A DNA stretch of 51,136 nt from a virus (taxonomy: Duplodnaviria; Caudoviricetes). Under the pieces are notes generated by a model. It made no database searches, was not told where the DNA came from, and saw only the letters and a program-made list of their open reading frames with translations. Each line of letters begins with the position of its first letter. Position 1 is the first letter of the stretch. Location of the stretch: positions 1 through 51,136 of IMG/VR virus record IMGVR_UViG_3300048861_000266; one strand, 5' to 3'. Below, piece after piece: positions 16,894 through 25,606 of this stretch. The translations under genes and the position numbers were made by a program.

Positions 16894-17814
16894 CTATTTC
16901 TTATTCGCGTCCTCGCCAAAGGCCTGCAGCGGCTCATACATGACAAGAATATTGGATCGCTCGCCCTTTTTCCCAAGAGCAAACACAGCGGCTGTCACCA
17001 GCGCATCGTTCTCCGGATCTGGCCACGGGGTGTACCCTGGCACGCCGCGGTGACTTTTGCCAAATGCCGCCACCGCAAGTTTCTTTAGTTTGTCCGTTTC
17101 CGGGCCGACTTTCGAATCGACGACGGCGAATGCAAACATGTTTGACAGAAAGCAGTAAGCGGTTTTCTCGATACGAATTCCCTTGAAGGTCTCGGGCGGG
17201 GAGGGCGTTTCATAACACGCCAAATTCCCCTTCGACCGCGTCGGCTGCGCACCCGGCAGGGCTGCAGGGGAATCTCCCCAGTTAAGCGGCGGGACACCTA
17301 CGCTGAAAACGCCGGCCTTTATTTCAGGCACGGGCCAATCCAGGCCGCTAGGCGAAAACTTGAATTGCCTCATGCCAGCCTCGTAAAGTGGAACTTCCAC
17401 GATCAGTTGGCTGGCTCGGCGGACGGTCTCTATGAAAGTAAGGGGTGTCTTGATGAAGACTGCGTTGTTGCGGGTTGCAGCGGTAGCTCTCAATTCGACC
17501 ACTTTGCCGGTATCAAATTTGGCTTGTACTACACAGCCGCCAGAAGGGCAGCTCATTTGGCCCTTATCTATGACCAACATCACATCGGTATCGCCAGCCT
17601 TCTTGCGCAAGTACAGTTTTAAGTGTGAAGCGCCCTCATAAGGGAAGGCTTGGTCGATCGTATTCGTAGAGGCGAGCGAAGATAAGAGCGTGGTGATTTC
17701 TCGCATCTCATCCTTCGATTCCGAATTCACCCAGCCTTCGCTATGCGCGGGCTCAATCGAAGCTACGAGCATGGCAAGGAAGCTAGCGACACGCAACAGA
17801 AGATGAGCTTTCAA
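16894..17814 (-). CDS. Secreted/periplasmic protein co-transcribed with cI
   Basis: Signal-like N-terminus; TTGA overlap with the cI stop. Confidence 0.75.
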   Translation of the reverse strand: MKAHLLLRVASFLAMLVASIEPAHSEGWVNSESKDEMREITTLLSSLASTNTIDQAFPYEGASHLKLYLRKKAGDTDVMLVIDKGQMSCPSGGCVVQAKFDTGKVVELRATAATRNNAVFIKTPLTFIETVRRASQLIVEVPLYEAGMRQFKFSPSGLDWPVPEIKAGVFSVGVPPLNWGDSPAALPGAQPTRSKGNLACYETPSPPETFKGIRIEKTAYCFLSNMFAFAVVDSKVGPETDKLKKLAVAAFGKSHRGVPGYTPWPDPENDALVTAAVFALGKKGERSNILVMYEPLQAFGEDANKK

Positions 17815-18521
17815 AGTTTTGTTCCCATCCAGAAAGCTCGGCCGATAACCTCGAAATCCTCGCAGTGAAGGCCGATGTCAATGTCTTCGAAGTCTGGATT
17901 ATCCGATTTTGCGACTATTTCCGCTCCTTTCTTATGGAGCCGCTTCACGAGAAGTTTGCCATCGCATCGGAAGGCATAGATCTTCCCATTGACTATCGAC
18001 TTCGCTTTGACGTTGATGAGGATGATGGACTTGTCTGGAAGCGTCGGCTCCATGCTCTGGCCGTCGACCGAGACGGAAACCGAATGCTCGGCACCCGCAC
18101 CAGCTGAAGCGAGAAAATCGGCGCGGAAGGATAGCCGGCTCTTTTCGTCCTCGCTAAGCACGACGTTGCCTTTACCCGCAGACAGCCGAACGTCAACGCG
18201 GCGAACAGTCACAAATTCAGCGTTGGGATCGTTTTCTGCCGCTCCGGCGATCACTTGGATTTTTTTGGCAAGGTCGCCGCTAATGTCCGCTGGAGTGCAA
18301 TCAAGGAAGTGTGCGAATTTGACAAGCACATCTACGTTTAAGGGAATCCTTCCCTTCAAATATTGACTCAGCGCGCTCTGTCCGAATCCTAGCAAGTGCG
18401 CCGCTGCCTCTTGCGACGAGGGTAATCCCGACGCGCGCTGGCTCGCCTGCCATTCCTTGAAGAGAGTGACGAGGCGGTCTGCGTCTTGCAGTTGAGAGGC
18501 GTTTAGTGGGAGTGCGGGCAT
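17811..18521 (-). CDS. cI: CI repressor (HTH + S24 peptidase)
   Basis: SQEAAAHLLGFGQSALSQYL HTH; DGQSMEP and LVKRL autocleavage motifs. Confidence 0.95.
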   Translation of the reverse strand: MPALPLNASQLQDADRLVTLFKEWQASQRASGLPSSQEAAAHLLGFGQSALSQYLKGRIPLNVDVLVKFAHFLDCTPADISGDLAKKIQVIAGAAENDPNAEFVTVRRVDVRLSAGKGNVVLSEDEKSRLSFRADFLASAGAGAEHSVSVSVDGQSMEPTLPDKSIILINVKAKSIVNGKIYAFRCDGKLLVKRLHKKGAEIVAKSDNPDFEDIDIGLHCEDFEVIGRAFWMGTKL

Positions 18522-18528
18522 GGGCGCA

Positions 18529-18598
18529 ACAATATAAGGACGACTAATGTTTCGCAATTAGTCGGACTGTTGACATCGCAAGCAGTCCGACTAATAAT
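18529..18598. promoter_or_regulatory. OR region with pRM and pR
   Basis: Operators ATTAGTCGGACTGTT (18557-18571), AGCAGTCCGACTAAT (18581-18595) and a half site near 18541; pR TTGACA-17-AATAAT; pRM TTGCGA-17-TATTGT on the minus strand. Confidence 0.85.
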
Positions 18599-18604
18599 AC
18601 GGGC

Positions 18605-18847
18605 ATGAATCGAATCTCAGACCTCCGTAAGCAAATGGGAGTGACCCAGTCCGCACTAGCCGAGGGCATCGGGGTCACGCAGGGCAACGTCTCGATGTAC
18701 GAGAAGGGGCAGACCGTCCCGCCGCATATCGCGGAGCGCGTTATCGCCTACGCAAAAAAACAGGGCTTGCTCATTACCTTCAACGATGTCTATGCGGTGC
18801 AGGGCCTGAAGGCCCCTCGACGCGGCACGGCTACGGCGGTCGCTTAA
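18605..18847 (+). CDS. cro: Cro-like HTH repressor
   Basis: TQSALAEGIGVTQGNVSMYEKG; divergent from cI. Confidence 0.9.
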   Translation: MNRISDLRKQMGVTQSALAEGIGVTQGNVSMYEKGQTVPPHIAERVIAYAKKQGLLITFNDVYAVQGLKAPRRGTATAVA

Positions 18848-19087
18848 ATGCACGCCCCGATACCCATCTATCACTCGCCGCGACTCACTGGGAAGACGCG
18901 CTACCGCGTCGGCTTTCGCAAGCTGCTGATCCTCCAGGTCGAGGTTCGCCTGGCGGAATGCCTTCGCCTTGTAGATACCGGCAAGTTCGGATACCGATGG
19001 CGCGATGCCCGTATCGATGATTTTCATCCGATGACCTGGGAGCTCGCAGTCCCATTCAGCGCGGCACATCCGAAGGAATCGCCATGA
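18848..19087 (+). CDS. Hypothetical protein
   Basis: Directly follows cro. Confidence 0.6.
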   Translation: MHAPIPIYHSPRLTGKTRYRVGFRKLLILQVEVRLAECLRLVDTGKFGYRWRDARIDDFHPMTWELAVPFSAAHPKESP

Positions 19088-19239
19088 GCCGCATCCACCT
19101 GCAATCCGGCACCGACAGCTTCATCGCGGATGAAGCGTTCGTTCGCGGCCTGCTGCTCACGGCTATGGCTGACGACAGCGACGACGGCATCGAGCCGGAA
19201 ACAGACACCCGAATTCCGATAGGCCCACCCGAAGTGTGA
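19084..19239 (+). CDS. 51-aa hypothetical protein
   Basis: ATGA overlap, AAGGA SD. Confidence 0.5.
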   Translation: MSRIHLQSGTDSFIADEAFVRGLLLTAMADDSDDGIEPETDTRIPIGPPEV

Positions 19240-19241
19240 GG

Positions 19242-19397
19242 TCAATGCAGCGACGCGCCGAGCGCTTTCTCGCTCGCCAGGTCCGCCTCATAGCTCAGAC
19301 GTTCGAACAGTTTCATCACCGCTTCATCGCTCGGATTTTCAAACGCACGGCGCGCGATCTCTTGGGCTTGGAGCAGCAGTGTTTCGGTATGGCTCAT
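19242..19397 (-). CDS. 51-aa antisense hypothetical protein
   Basis: MSHTETLLLQAQEIARRAFENPSDEAVMKLFERL; convergent with the 19084 ORF. Confidence 0.5.
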   Translation of the reverse strand: MSHTETLLLQAQEIARRAFENPSDEAVMKLFERLSYEADLASEKALGASLH

Positions 19398-19496
19398 GTC
19401 GATGATGTTGGGTTGGTAGAGACCGCAGATTAGTTGCAGTGCACCAGCCGTGAAAGGCTGGAAATTTTCGATCCCCTCCCGTTTTTGGAACAGCGC

Positions 19497-20015
19497 ATGA
19501 CCCGCCATTACGACACCACCCAATGCGAAGACGCGCTGCACGACGCCATCTGTGCCACCAAGGCCGGCCTGGTCGGCTTCGCTTTGTACTTCGGCCAGCG
19601 CCGCGGCGATCCGATCACCACGGAAAGCCTGCGCAAGATCCTGCGGCGCACGGACGGCAAGCGCGTGCATGTCGACACGCTGCGGTGGGGCGCGGATTGG
19701 CTGGCCGACCAGAAAGGCGCCGACGACTCGGTGCATGACTGGCTACACGCGCTGGCGGCGGAGCAGGGTTACGCGTTGGTGAAGATAGAGCCGGTCGAGC
19801 CGGAGCCGGTGGCGCCGTACGACATCCTGGCAAAGGGAATGATGGTCACCGAAGAGAGCGGGGCGCTTTCGAAGATTTTGCGCAACGCATTGTCCGACCT
19901 GCGCTTGTGTCTCACCGAGCTCGACGCAGTTCTCAAGCAGATCAATAAAGCGCGCCGCATGCTCGACAAGCTCGAAGCCATGGCGAAGCGCTTTGCCAAG
20001 GGGAGGGCCGCCTGA
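19497..20015 (+). CDS. CII-like regulator
   Basis: Position between cro and replication genes; helical protein resembling CP76-type CII. Confidence 0.6.
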   Translation: MTRHYDTTQCEDALHDAICATKAGLVGFALYFGQRRGDPITTESLRKILRRTDGKRVHVDTLRWGADWLADQKGADDSVHDWLHALAAEQGYALVKIEPVEPEPVAPYDILAKGMMVTEESGALSKILRNALSDLRLCLTELDAVLKQINKARRMLDKLEAMAKRFAKGRAA

Positions 20016-20317
20016 TGCGTACCCAAGTCCGCGATACCAGCATTCTTACCTACGACCAATTGAAGGCTGCGGATGAATTGACGCCCTTGCAGCGCCAGAT
20101 CGTGGAGCTCGTCCGGGCAGGCCGGGGCCGTGACTTTTCGCGCAAGGAAATTTCGCGCCAGACGGGCCTCGAGATCAACACGGTCGCAGGCCGTGTAAAC
20201 GAGCTTGTCTCGCTGGGCGTGCTGGTTGACGGCCGCTGCCGCCAGTGCACCGTCACCCACCGCTACATCCACCCCGTGCGGCTGCAGCTGGCGCGCGGCC
20301 AGGCGGACGTGGCATGA
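20015..20317 (+). CDS. Winged-HTH protein
   Basis: SRKEISRQTGLEINTVAGRVNELV. Confidence 0.75.
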   Translation: MRTQVRDTSILTYDQLKAADELTPLQRQIVELVRAGRGRDFSRKEISRQTGLEINTVAGRVNELVSLGVLVDGRCRQCTVTHRYIHPVRLQLARGQADVA

Positions 20318-20727
20318 CCGCGGCCCTTTACCGGGAAATTATCCTGCGCGGGCCCACGCAATGGCTCGCGGCGGTTGCCTTCGTGCGCGCGAATGCCAAG
20401 TCGCAGAACGACCTGGGCAAGCCGCTACGCCTGATCATCACCGCCGAAGAGAAGAAACGGAACGAGCAGCAAAACCGCTTTTACTGGGGCGCCGTGTTGC
20501 GCTCGATCAGCGAGCAGGCGTGGGTCGCTGGCCACCAATTCGATAAAGACACCTGGCATGAATACTTCGCGCGCCTATATGGCGTCTGCGAGGACGTGAC
20601 GCTCCCAGATGGCGAGGTCATCACGCGCCGCAAGTCGACGACCACGATGACGGTTGCCGAATTCTCAGAGTATCTCGACCAAGTCCAGGCGCACGCCGCC
20701 GGGCAGTTGGGAGTCCTCTTCTCGTGA
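20314..20727 (+). CDS. NinB/YbcN-like recombination protein
   Basis: RNEQQNRFYW...STTTMTVAEFSEYLDQV. Confidence 0.8.
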   Translation: MTAALYREIILRGPTQWLAAVAFVRANAKSQNDLGKPLRLIITAEEKKRNEQQNRFYWGAVLRSISEQAWVAGHQFDKDTWHEYFARLYGVCEDVTLPDGEVITRRKSTTTMTVAEFSEYLDQVQAHAAGQLGVLFS

Positions 20728-21158
20728 AGCAATCCGCCCTCGTCCGGAAGGCTCCAATGGCGCGCGGCGCCGCCCCGATCAAGCGAACCGAATTTAAGAA
20801 GCGCGCATCTCGGCGTGTACCCGCATGCCGGACGTTCGAGTACGTCCGCAGCCGGGCGCTGCTCGATCTATTCAAAGCCTTGCCCTGCCAAGTCACCGGT
20901 ATAGCCGGCCACACCGACCCCGCCCACAGCAATTGGTCGTGTCACGGCAAGGGCGGCCGGATCAAGGCAAGCGACATCTACGTCGCCGCGATTGCGCGCG
21001 ACATTCACCGCGAACTCGATCAAGGAAGCCGCTGGAGCCGCGAAGAGCGCCAGCGCATCTGGTGGGATGCCCACGTCAAAAGCGTGCGCGCGCTGCTCGC
21101 CCTGGGCCTGTGGCCGGCCGCCATCCCGATCCCCAACATCGTCACGTACCCATTCTGA
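20724..21158 (+). CDS. DUF968/HNH-like nuclease-fold protein
   Basis: LPCQVTG...DPAHSN...GKGG..KASD...H..LD. Confidence 0.65.
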   Translation: MKQSALVRKAPMARGAAPIKRTEFKKRASRRVPACRTFEYVRSRALLDLFKALPCQVTGIAGHTDPAHSNWSCHGKGGRIKASDIYVAAIARDIHRELDQGSRWSREERQRIWWDAHVKSVRALLALGLWPAAIPIPNIVTYPF

Positions 21159-21167
21159 GATTGCACT

Positions 21168-22007
21168 ATGGCAAACCCCTGGTTCCGCATGTACACCGAT
21201 TTTTTAAACGACCCGAAGATGATTGCGCTGGCCTTCGAGGACCAGCGTCACTTCGTTGGGATCTTGGCTTTGAAGTCTGACGGCGCGCTCGACAACGCAT
21301 GCGACGAGACTCTGCTTGATCGTATCGTCGCTCAGCGCCTCTGGATTGACCATGCGGTTATCCGAGACGTGAAGCGCCGCCTGGTTGCCGCCGGCCTGAT
21401 CGATAGCGCTTGGCAGCCGGTCGCATGGGATAAGCGCCAGTGCCGCAGCGACAAAGACAGCACGGGAGCGGAGCGCCAGCGCAGGTTTCGAGAGAACCAG
21501 GACCGTAACGCGTTACGTAACGCGGACATAACGCGGCTAGATACAGATACAGAAGAAGATAAAGAAACAGAACAAAGAGAAAAGATAGCGCCCGAGCAAG
21601 CTCAGGCTTCTCAGGTCGAGGATCCGCCGAGGGAATCGAAGGCTGCCAAACCGAGAAAGGCCAAGGCCGCATCTTTCGATGCCGCGCTGATGGCTATTCC
21701 CGAATGGCTGGATGACCCTCTTTGGAAACGATGGGTCAAGCATCGGGGAGAGATCAAGAAGCCGATCACCGAGGAGACCGCGCGCGAACACCTCAAGAAG
21801 CTGGACGCCTACCGGGCGGATGGATGGGCACCCGATGTGGTGATTAGCCACTGCATTGCCGGTGGATACCAGGGGCTCTTTCCGCCACACGGCTCTCCCC
21901 CTGGCCGTTCTGCTGCGCCCCGACCAGGCAAGTTCAATCCTTCCGAATTCGTAAACCGCAACAGGACACAGCCCGGCTATGACGCAGCTAATACCTTCGA
22001 AGGCTAG
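21168..22007 (+). CDS. Replication initiator (O-like)
   Basis: PWFRMY..FLNDPK N-terminus, AERQRRFRE linker, internal iterons. Confidence 0.85.
   Translation: MANPWFRMYTDFLNDPKMIALAFEDQRHFVGILALKSDGALDNACDETLLDRIVAQRLWIDHAVIRDVKRRLVAAGLIDSAWQPVAWDKRQCRSDKDSTGAERQRRFRENQDRNALRNADITRLDTDTEEDKETEQREKIAPEQAQASQVEDPPRESKAAKPRKAKAASFDAALMAIPEWLDDPLWKRWVKHRGEIKKPITEETAREHLKKLDAYRADGWAPDVVISHCIAGGYQGLFPPHGSPPGRSAAPRPGKFNPSEFVNRNRTQPGYDAANTFEG
21504..21587. other. Putative replication origin
   Basis: CGTAACGCGTTACG palindrome, two TAACGCGG repeats, then an A-rich tract inside the initiator gene. Confidence 0.65.
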
Positions 22008-22710
22008 CCTTCACATCTGGACCGGGCCACATCCAAGGCTGGAGAACATCAGCCTGATGGACCACCTGTTCAACCGGCTCGACGGCATGTACCCCAACAA
22101 GTGGCGCGCGAATTTTTCCGGCGAGGTGTCGATCCAGTCCTGGCGGGAGGCATGGGCCGAGGCATTTATCGAAGATGGAATTGTTCCGACCGACATCCGC
22201 GTTGGGATCACCAACTGCCGGCGCATGTACGACTGGCCACCCTCGTTGGCGGAGTTCAGCAGGGCATGCCGGCCCAACCTGGCGCCCGAAGCTGCCTTTA
22301 CCGAGGCGGTGCGCGGCATGATTGCGCGCAACCGCGGCGAGAAGGGCGACTGGTCGCACCCCGCCATCTTCTGGGCCGCCGTGCGCGTCACGAGCCACGA
22401 ACTGATGAGCAAGGGCTACGCGGCGCTGCGCGGGCAATGGGAGCGCACGCTGAGCGACACCCTGGCCGCCGGCCGATGGGAAGAAATTCCCGGCGCGCAT
22501 GTTCTGCTGGCGCCCGCCACCCCCACGGCCGCTGATCGTGTGGAGGCCGCCAAGGTCATGTCAGCGATGGGCGCGTCTGGTGTGTTTGACCAGCGCGGCC
22601 GCGACGAACGGCGATGGATCACCAAGATCCTGGACAGAGTGAAGAACAAAGAGCGGGTACCGCTGGCGGTGGCCGACATGGCGCGCCGCGCGACGGGGGA
22701 GGGTGCATGA
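21979..22710 (+). CDS. Replication protein P-like helicase loader
   Basis: WPPSLAEF..ACRP and WSHPAIFWAA motifs; follows the initiator. Confidence 0.75.
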   Translation: MTQLIPSKASLHIWTGPHPRLENISLMDHLFNRLDGMYPNKWRANFSGEVSIQSWREAWAEAFIEDGIVPTDIRVGITNCRRMYDWPPSLAEFSRACRPNLAPEAAFTEAVRGMIARNRGEKGDWSHPAIFWAAVRVTSHELMSKGYAALRGQWERTLSDTLAAGRWEEIPGAHVLLAPATPTAADRVEAAKVMSAMGASGVFDQRGRDERRWITKILDRVKNKERVPLAVADMARRATGEGA

Positions 22711-22919
22711 CGGTGCAATGCATCTACTGCAACAACGCATCGCTTAAGGAGGCGGGCGCCATGGGCCGGCTCGGCTTCGCGCGCTGCCCCAGCGTAGGTC
22801 TGGCGACGTTCGTCTCGATGGACCGCCCGCGAGACTGCACCGATTTCAAGGAAGCGCCGGCCGGCACAGCCACCGCGCGCGATGCATGGCTTTTGAAGCA
22901 AGGGATTAAGCGAGCATGA
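22707..22919 (+). CDS. Small Cys-rich protein
   Basis: CIYC...C...C; ATGA overlaps on both sides. Confidence 0.65.
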   Translation: MTVQCIYCNNASLKEAGAMGRLGFARCPSVGLATFVSMDRPRDCTDFKEAPAGTATARDAWLLKQGIKRA

Positions 22920-23347
22920 GCGGCGTGCGTATGACCGGGGCGGAATACAAGGCTTTCATGGCGAAGGTGTCTCCGAGGAAGAAGGAAAAAGACGAAAAGG
23001 AGCCAAAGGAGTCCAAGTACAAAAACCGGAAGGTGGAGATCTACGGCATCACATTCGACAGCGCCAAGGAAGCGCGGCGCTACCAGAGGCTGCGCACTCT
23101 GGAGCAGGCCGGCGTGATTTCCAGTCTCCGCACCCAGGTGCCGTTCGTCCTCTTGCCCAAGCAGGTCCGCGGCGATGGCACCAAGGAGCGCGAGGTCATC
23201 TATTGGGCCGATTTCGCATATATGCAGGACGGCAAGGAGGTGGTCGAGGATTGCAAGAGCAAGGTCACCGTGGGCCTGGCCACCTATGTCCTGAAACGAA
23301 AGCTGTTGCTGCACGTGCACGGCATCACCCTATTGGAAACCGTATGA
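22916..23347 (+). CDS. DUF1064-family endonuclease
   Basis: SKYKNRK...GITFDSAKEARRY...Y.ADF.Y...VEDCK. Confidence 0.85.
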   Translation: MSGVRMTGAEYKAFMAKVSPRKKEKDEKEPKESKYKNRKVEIYGITFDSAKEARRYQRLRTLEQAGVISSLRTQVPFVLLPKQVRGDGTKEREVIYWADFAYMQDGKEVVEDCKSKVTVGLATYVLKRKLLLHVHGITLLETV

Positions 23348-23463
23348 GCGAATACACCATGCCGGCGCAACTGGCGGCAGCCTTGGCGCGTGCGCGCGCC
23401 TCCCAGCCGCCCACGAAAGCCCTGACCACGCCCGTCCGAACCTATGAGGGAAAGCCCAAATGA
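23344..23463 (+). CDS. 39-aa hypothetical protein
   Basis: ATGA overlaps on both sides. Confidence 0.45.
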   Translation: MSEYTMPAQLAAALARARASQPPTKALTTPVRTYEGKPK

Positions 23464-23930
23464 CTACCTTGGCCAAGCGTGAACGTGCCGCCACGCCCGT
23501 CCGGATCCGGGACACGGCCCACTACGAGCTGATGAACTGGTCGCGCGCGTGCTGGTCCGGGGAATACCCGGGCCCGAAGAACCCGACATGCTGCCGCTCG
23601 CTGGAGAACCTATACCAAGCGCCGCACTACGTGCCAGAGGACGGGGAGGAATTCCAACGAAGCGAGGACGAGGCTTGCGCCAATCTGCCGGACCCTGACC
23701 GAACGCCCATCAATTTCACGCGCGCGCGTACCGTTCAGGACCTGTATGAGGCCTGGCCGCTGATTGAGCAGCGCGTCATCCAGCAGGAATACACCCGGCG
23801 CCACGAGTACGGCGACATGCGGCCGCACGAGCGCGCCGCCGCGGCGTGCCGCAAGCTGGGCATTGCCGAGGCCTATTACAAGATCGCGCTGGGCGCGGCG
23901 CGCGAACAGGTCCGGAGGGCGTTCGAATGA
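23460..23930 (+). CDS. Antiterminator Q-like protein
   Basis: L.NW.R N-terminus and C-terminal sigma4-like HTH; end of the early-right operon. Confidence 0.6.
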   Translation: MTTLAKRERAATPVRIRDTAHYELMNWSRACWSGEYPGPKNPTCCRSLENLYQAPHYVPEDGEEFQRSEDEACANLPDPDRTPINFTRARTVQDLYEAWPLIEQRVIQQEYTRRHEYGDMRPHERAAAACRKLGIAEAYYKIALGAAREQVRRAFE

Positions 23931-24229
23931 AGCATGCGGCAGAGGTCATAGACCTGATGGCGCCGTATCCTGGCCGAGAGTTCAAGATGATCGAGATCGT
24001 CCGGCACGTGGCCGGCGGCCGACATCCCACGCAGCGGGAGTGGGAGCGTCTTCGCAAAGGAGTGCGCCGCGTGCTCGACGGGCTCCAGGAGAGCGGCAGC
24101 ATTTCGAAGGGATCCCCCGAGGCGGGCAATGGTGGATACGCGACGTACTGCTGGAAACCGGGACATCAAGTCATGGCAAACCGGGACGCAAACCGGGATA
24201 ATTACGCATCCACACCTGCGCCCGTATGA
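23927..24229 (+). CDS. Putative winged-helix protein
   Basis: EVIDLMAPYPGREFKMIEIVRHV...GVRRVL; ATGA overlap. Confidence 0.65.
   Translation: MKHAAEVIDLMAPYPGREFKMIEIVRHVAGGRHPTQREWERLRKGVRRVLDGLQESGSISKGSPEAGNGGYATYCWKPGHQVMANRDANRDNYASTPAPV
24155..24202 (+). promoter_or_regulatory. Putative late promoter with three AAACCGGGA direct repeats
   Basis: TGGCAA-17-GATAAT; repeats at 24155, 24178 and 24190. Confidence 0.6.
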
Positions 24230-24235
24230 AACGAA

Positions 24236-24269
24236 GCCCGCCAGCGAAAGCCGAGCGGGCCTTTTTATT
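24236..24269 (+). terminator. Intrinsic terminator (tR'-like)
   Basis: GCCCGC...GCGGGC followed by a T tract. Confidence 0.8.
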
Positions 24270-24498
24270 GGTGGTCGAAATGGCATCAGCATTGCGCGCA
24301 TCGTGGCCAAACAATGATGGCCTGGAAAGAATCAGGCCGGTGCAGCCATCCCGCCGCCGTGCGCCTTCGTAAGAGGACGCATCGCCGTGGGAGCAGCCGC
24401 CGTAATCGACCAGCCAGCAGCGCACCGCTGCACTCGGATATTTCCTTGATCGCTGGCTCCGACCGGCGCCCGCCCTGACGGGCCCCACAACTATCAGA

Positions 24499-24576
24499 CG
24501 CGGTGTAGGGAAGTGGCCTATCCCGCTGGGCTCATAACCCGGAGATCGGCGGTTCGAATCCGTCCCACCGCAACCA
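24499..24576 (+). tRNA. tRNA-fMet (CAT), initiator type
   Basis: C1:A72 mismatch, GGG/CCC in the anticodon stem, CTCATAA loop, TTCGAAT, encoded CCA. Confidence 0.9.
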
Positions 24577-24715
24577 ACAGCAGCAAAAAGACGGCGACAG
24601 CCGGAGAGTCGCGAGCTTCCCGACTGACAGCCGAAACACGGAGTTGACCCGTGATCGACCCGAGGCCGTCCTACCTGTACAGGCGGGGCGACGTTAACAC
24701 GGAACGCATCACATC

Positions 24716-25507
24716 GTGGCAAACCCCATCATTCCTTGGATCGGCGGCAAAAGACGCCTGGCCGACCAGATATTTCCTTTCTTCCCCCAGCACGACTGCT
24801 ACGTTGAGCCGTTCGCCGGTGGGGCGGCCCTCTTCTTTTTGAGGGCCACGCCAGCTAAGTGCGAAGTGCTGAACGATGTGAACGGCGATTTGGTAAACCT
24901 CTACCGCGTGGTGCAAAACCACCTCGAAGAGTTCGTCCGCCAATTTAAGTGGGCCTTGACCAGCCGACAGGTCTTTAAGTGGCTGCAGGACACTCGGCCA
25001 GAGACGCTGACCGACATTCAGCGGGCCGCGCGCTTCTATTACTTGCAGCAGGCCGCATTCGGCGCGAAGGTGCAGGGACAAAGCTTCGGCACCGCCACGA
25101 CCACGCCGCCAGGTCTAAACCTGCTTCGGTTGGAGGAGGCGCTGTCTTCTGCGCATTTGCGCCTGGCCGGCGCCTACATCGAACATCTGCCCTGGCATGC
25201 CTGCGTCGAGCGCTACGACCGGCCACACACGCTTTTCTACATGGATCCGCCGTATTGGGAGACAGAAGGATACGGGGTGCCGTTCGAGTTCGACAATTAC
25301 ACCCGCATGGCCGCCGCGATGCGATCCATGAAGGGCAAGGCGATTGTCAGCCTCAATGACCATCCCGCAATCCGCGAGGCATTCGCCGGCTTCCCAATTC
25401 ACGCGACCGAGATCAATTACACGGTGGGCGGCGGCGCCGGCGTCACGCGAGGGGAAGTCCTGATTTTCAGTTGGGACATCGACGCGCGGCCGGCGGGCCT
25501 CTTTTAG
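24716..25507 (+). CDS. D12-class (Dam-like) N6-adenine DNA methyltransferase
   Basis: PWIGGK, YVEPFAGG, LND and YMDPPY motifs. Confidence 0.92.
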   Translation: MANPIIPWIGGKRRLADQIFPFFPQHDCYVEPFAGGAALFFLRATPAKCEVLNDVNGDLVNLYRVVQNHLEEFVRQFKWALTSRQVFKWLQDTRPETLTDIQRAARFYYLQQAAFGAKVQGQSFGTATTTPPGLNLLRLEEALSSAHLRLAGAYIEHLPWHACVERYDRPHTLFYMDPPYWETEGYGVPFEFDNYTRMAAAMRSMKGKAIVSLNDHPAIREAFAGFPIHATEINYTVGGGAGVTRGEVLIFSWDIDARPAGLF

Positions 25508-25513
25508 AACAAC

Positions 25514-25587
25514 GCGGGTAAGCCCATGGTGGGCCGCAGGCCTTCCAAGCCTCGCTGAGCACGGTTCGATTCCGTCTACCCGCTCCA
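25514..25587 (+). tRNA. tRNA-Gly (TCC), atypical
   Basis: GCGGGTA/TACCCGC acceptor, CTTCCAA loop, TTCGATT, U73 + CCA; very short D-loop. Confidence 0.8.
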
Positions 25588-25606
25588 TATATCCGGAGCC
25601 GCAACC

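Noticed and set aside
17811-18557. cI start at 18557 as given in the ORF track
   Set aside because: It lies within the operator and pRM -35; the ATG at 18521 fits the promoter.
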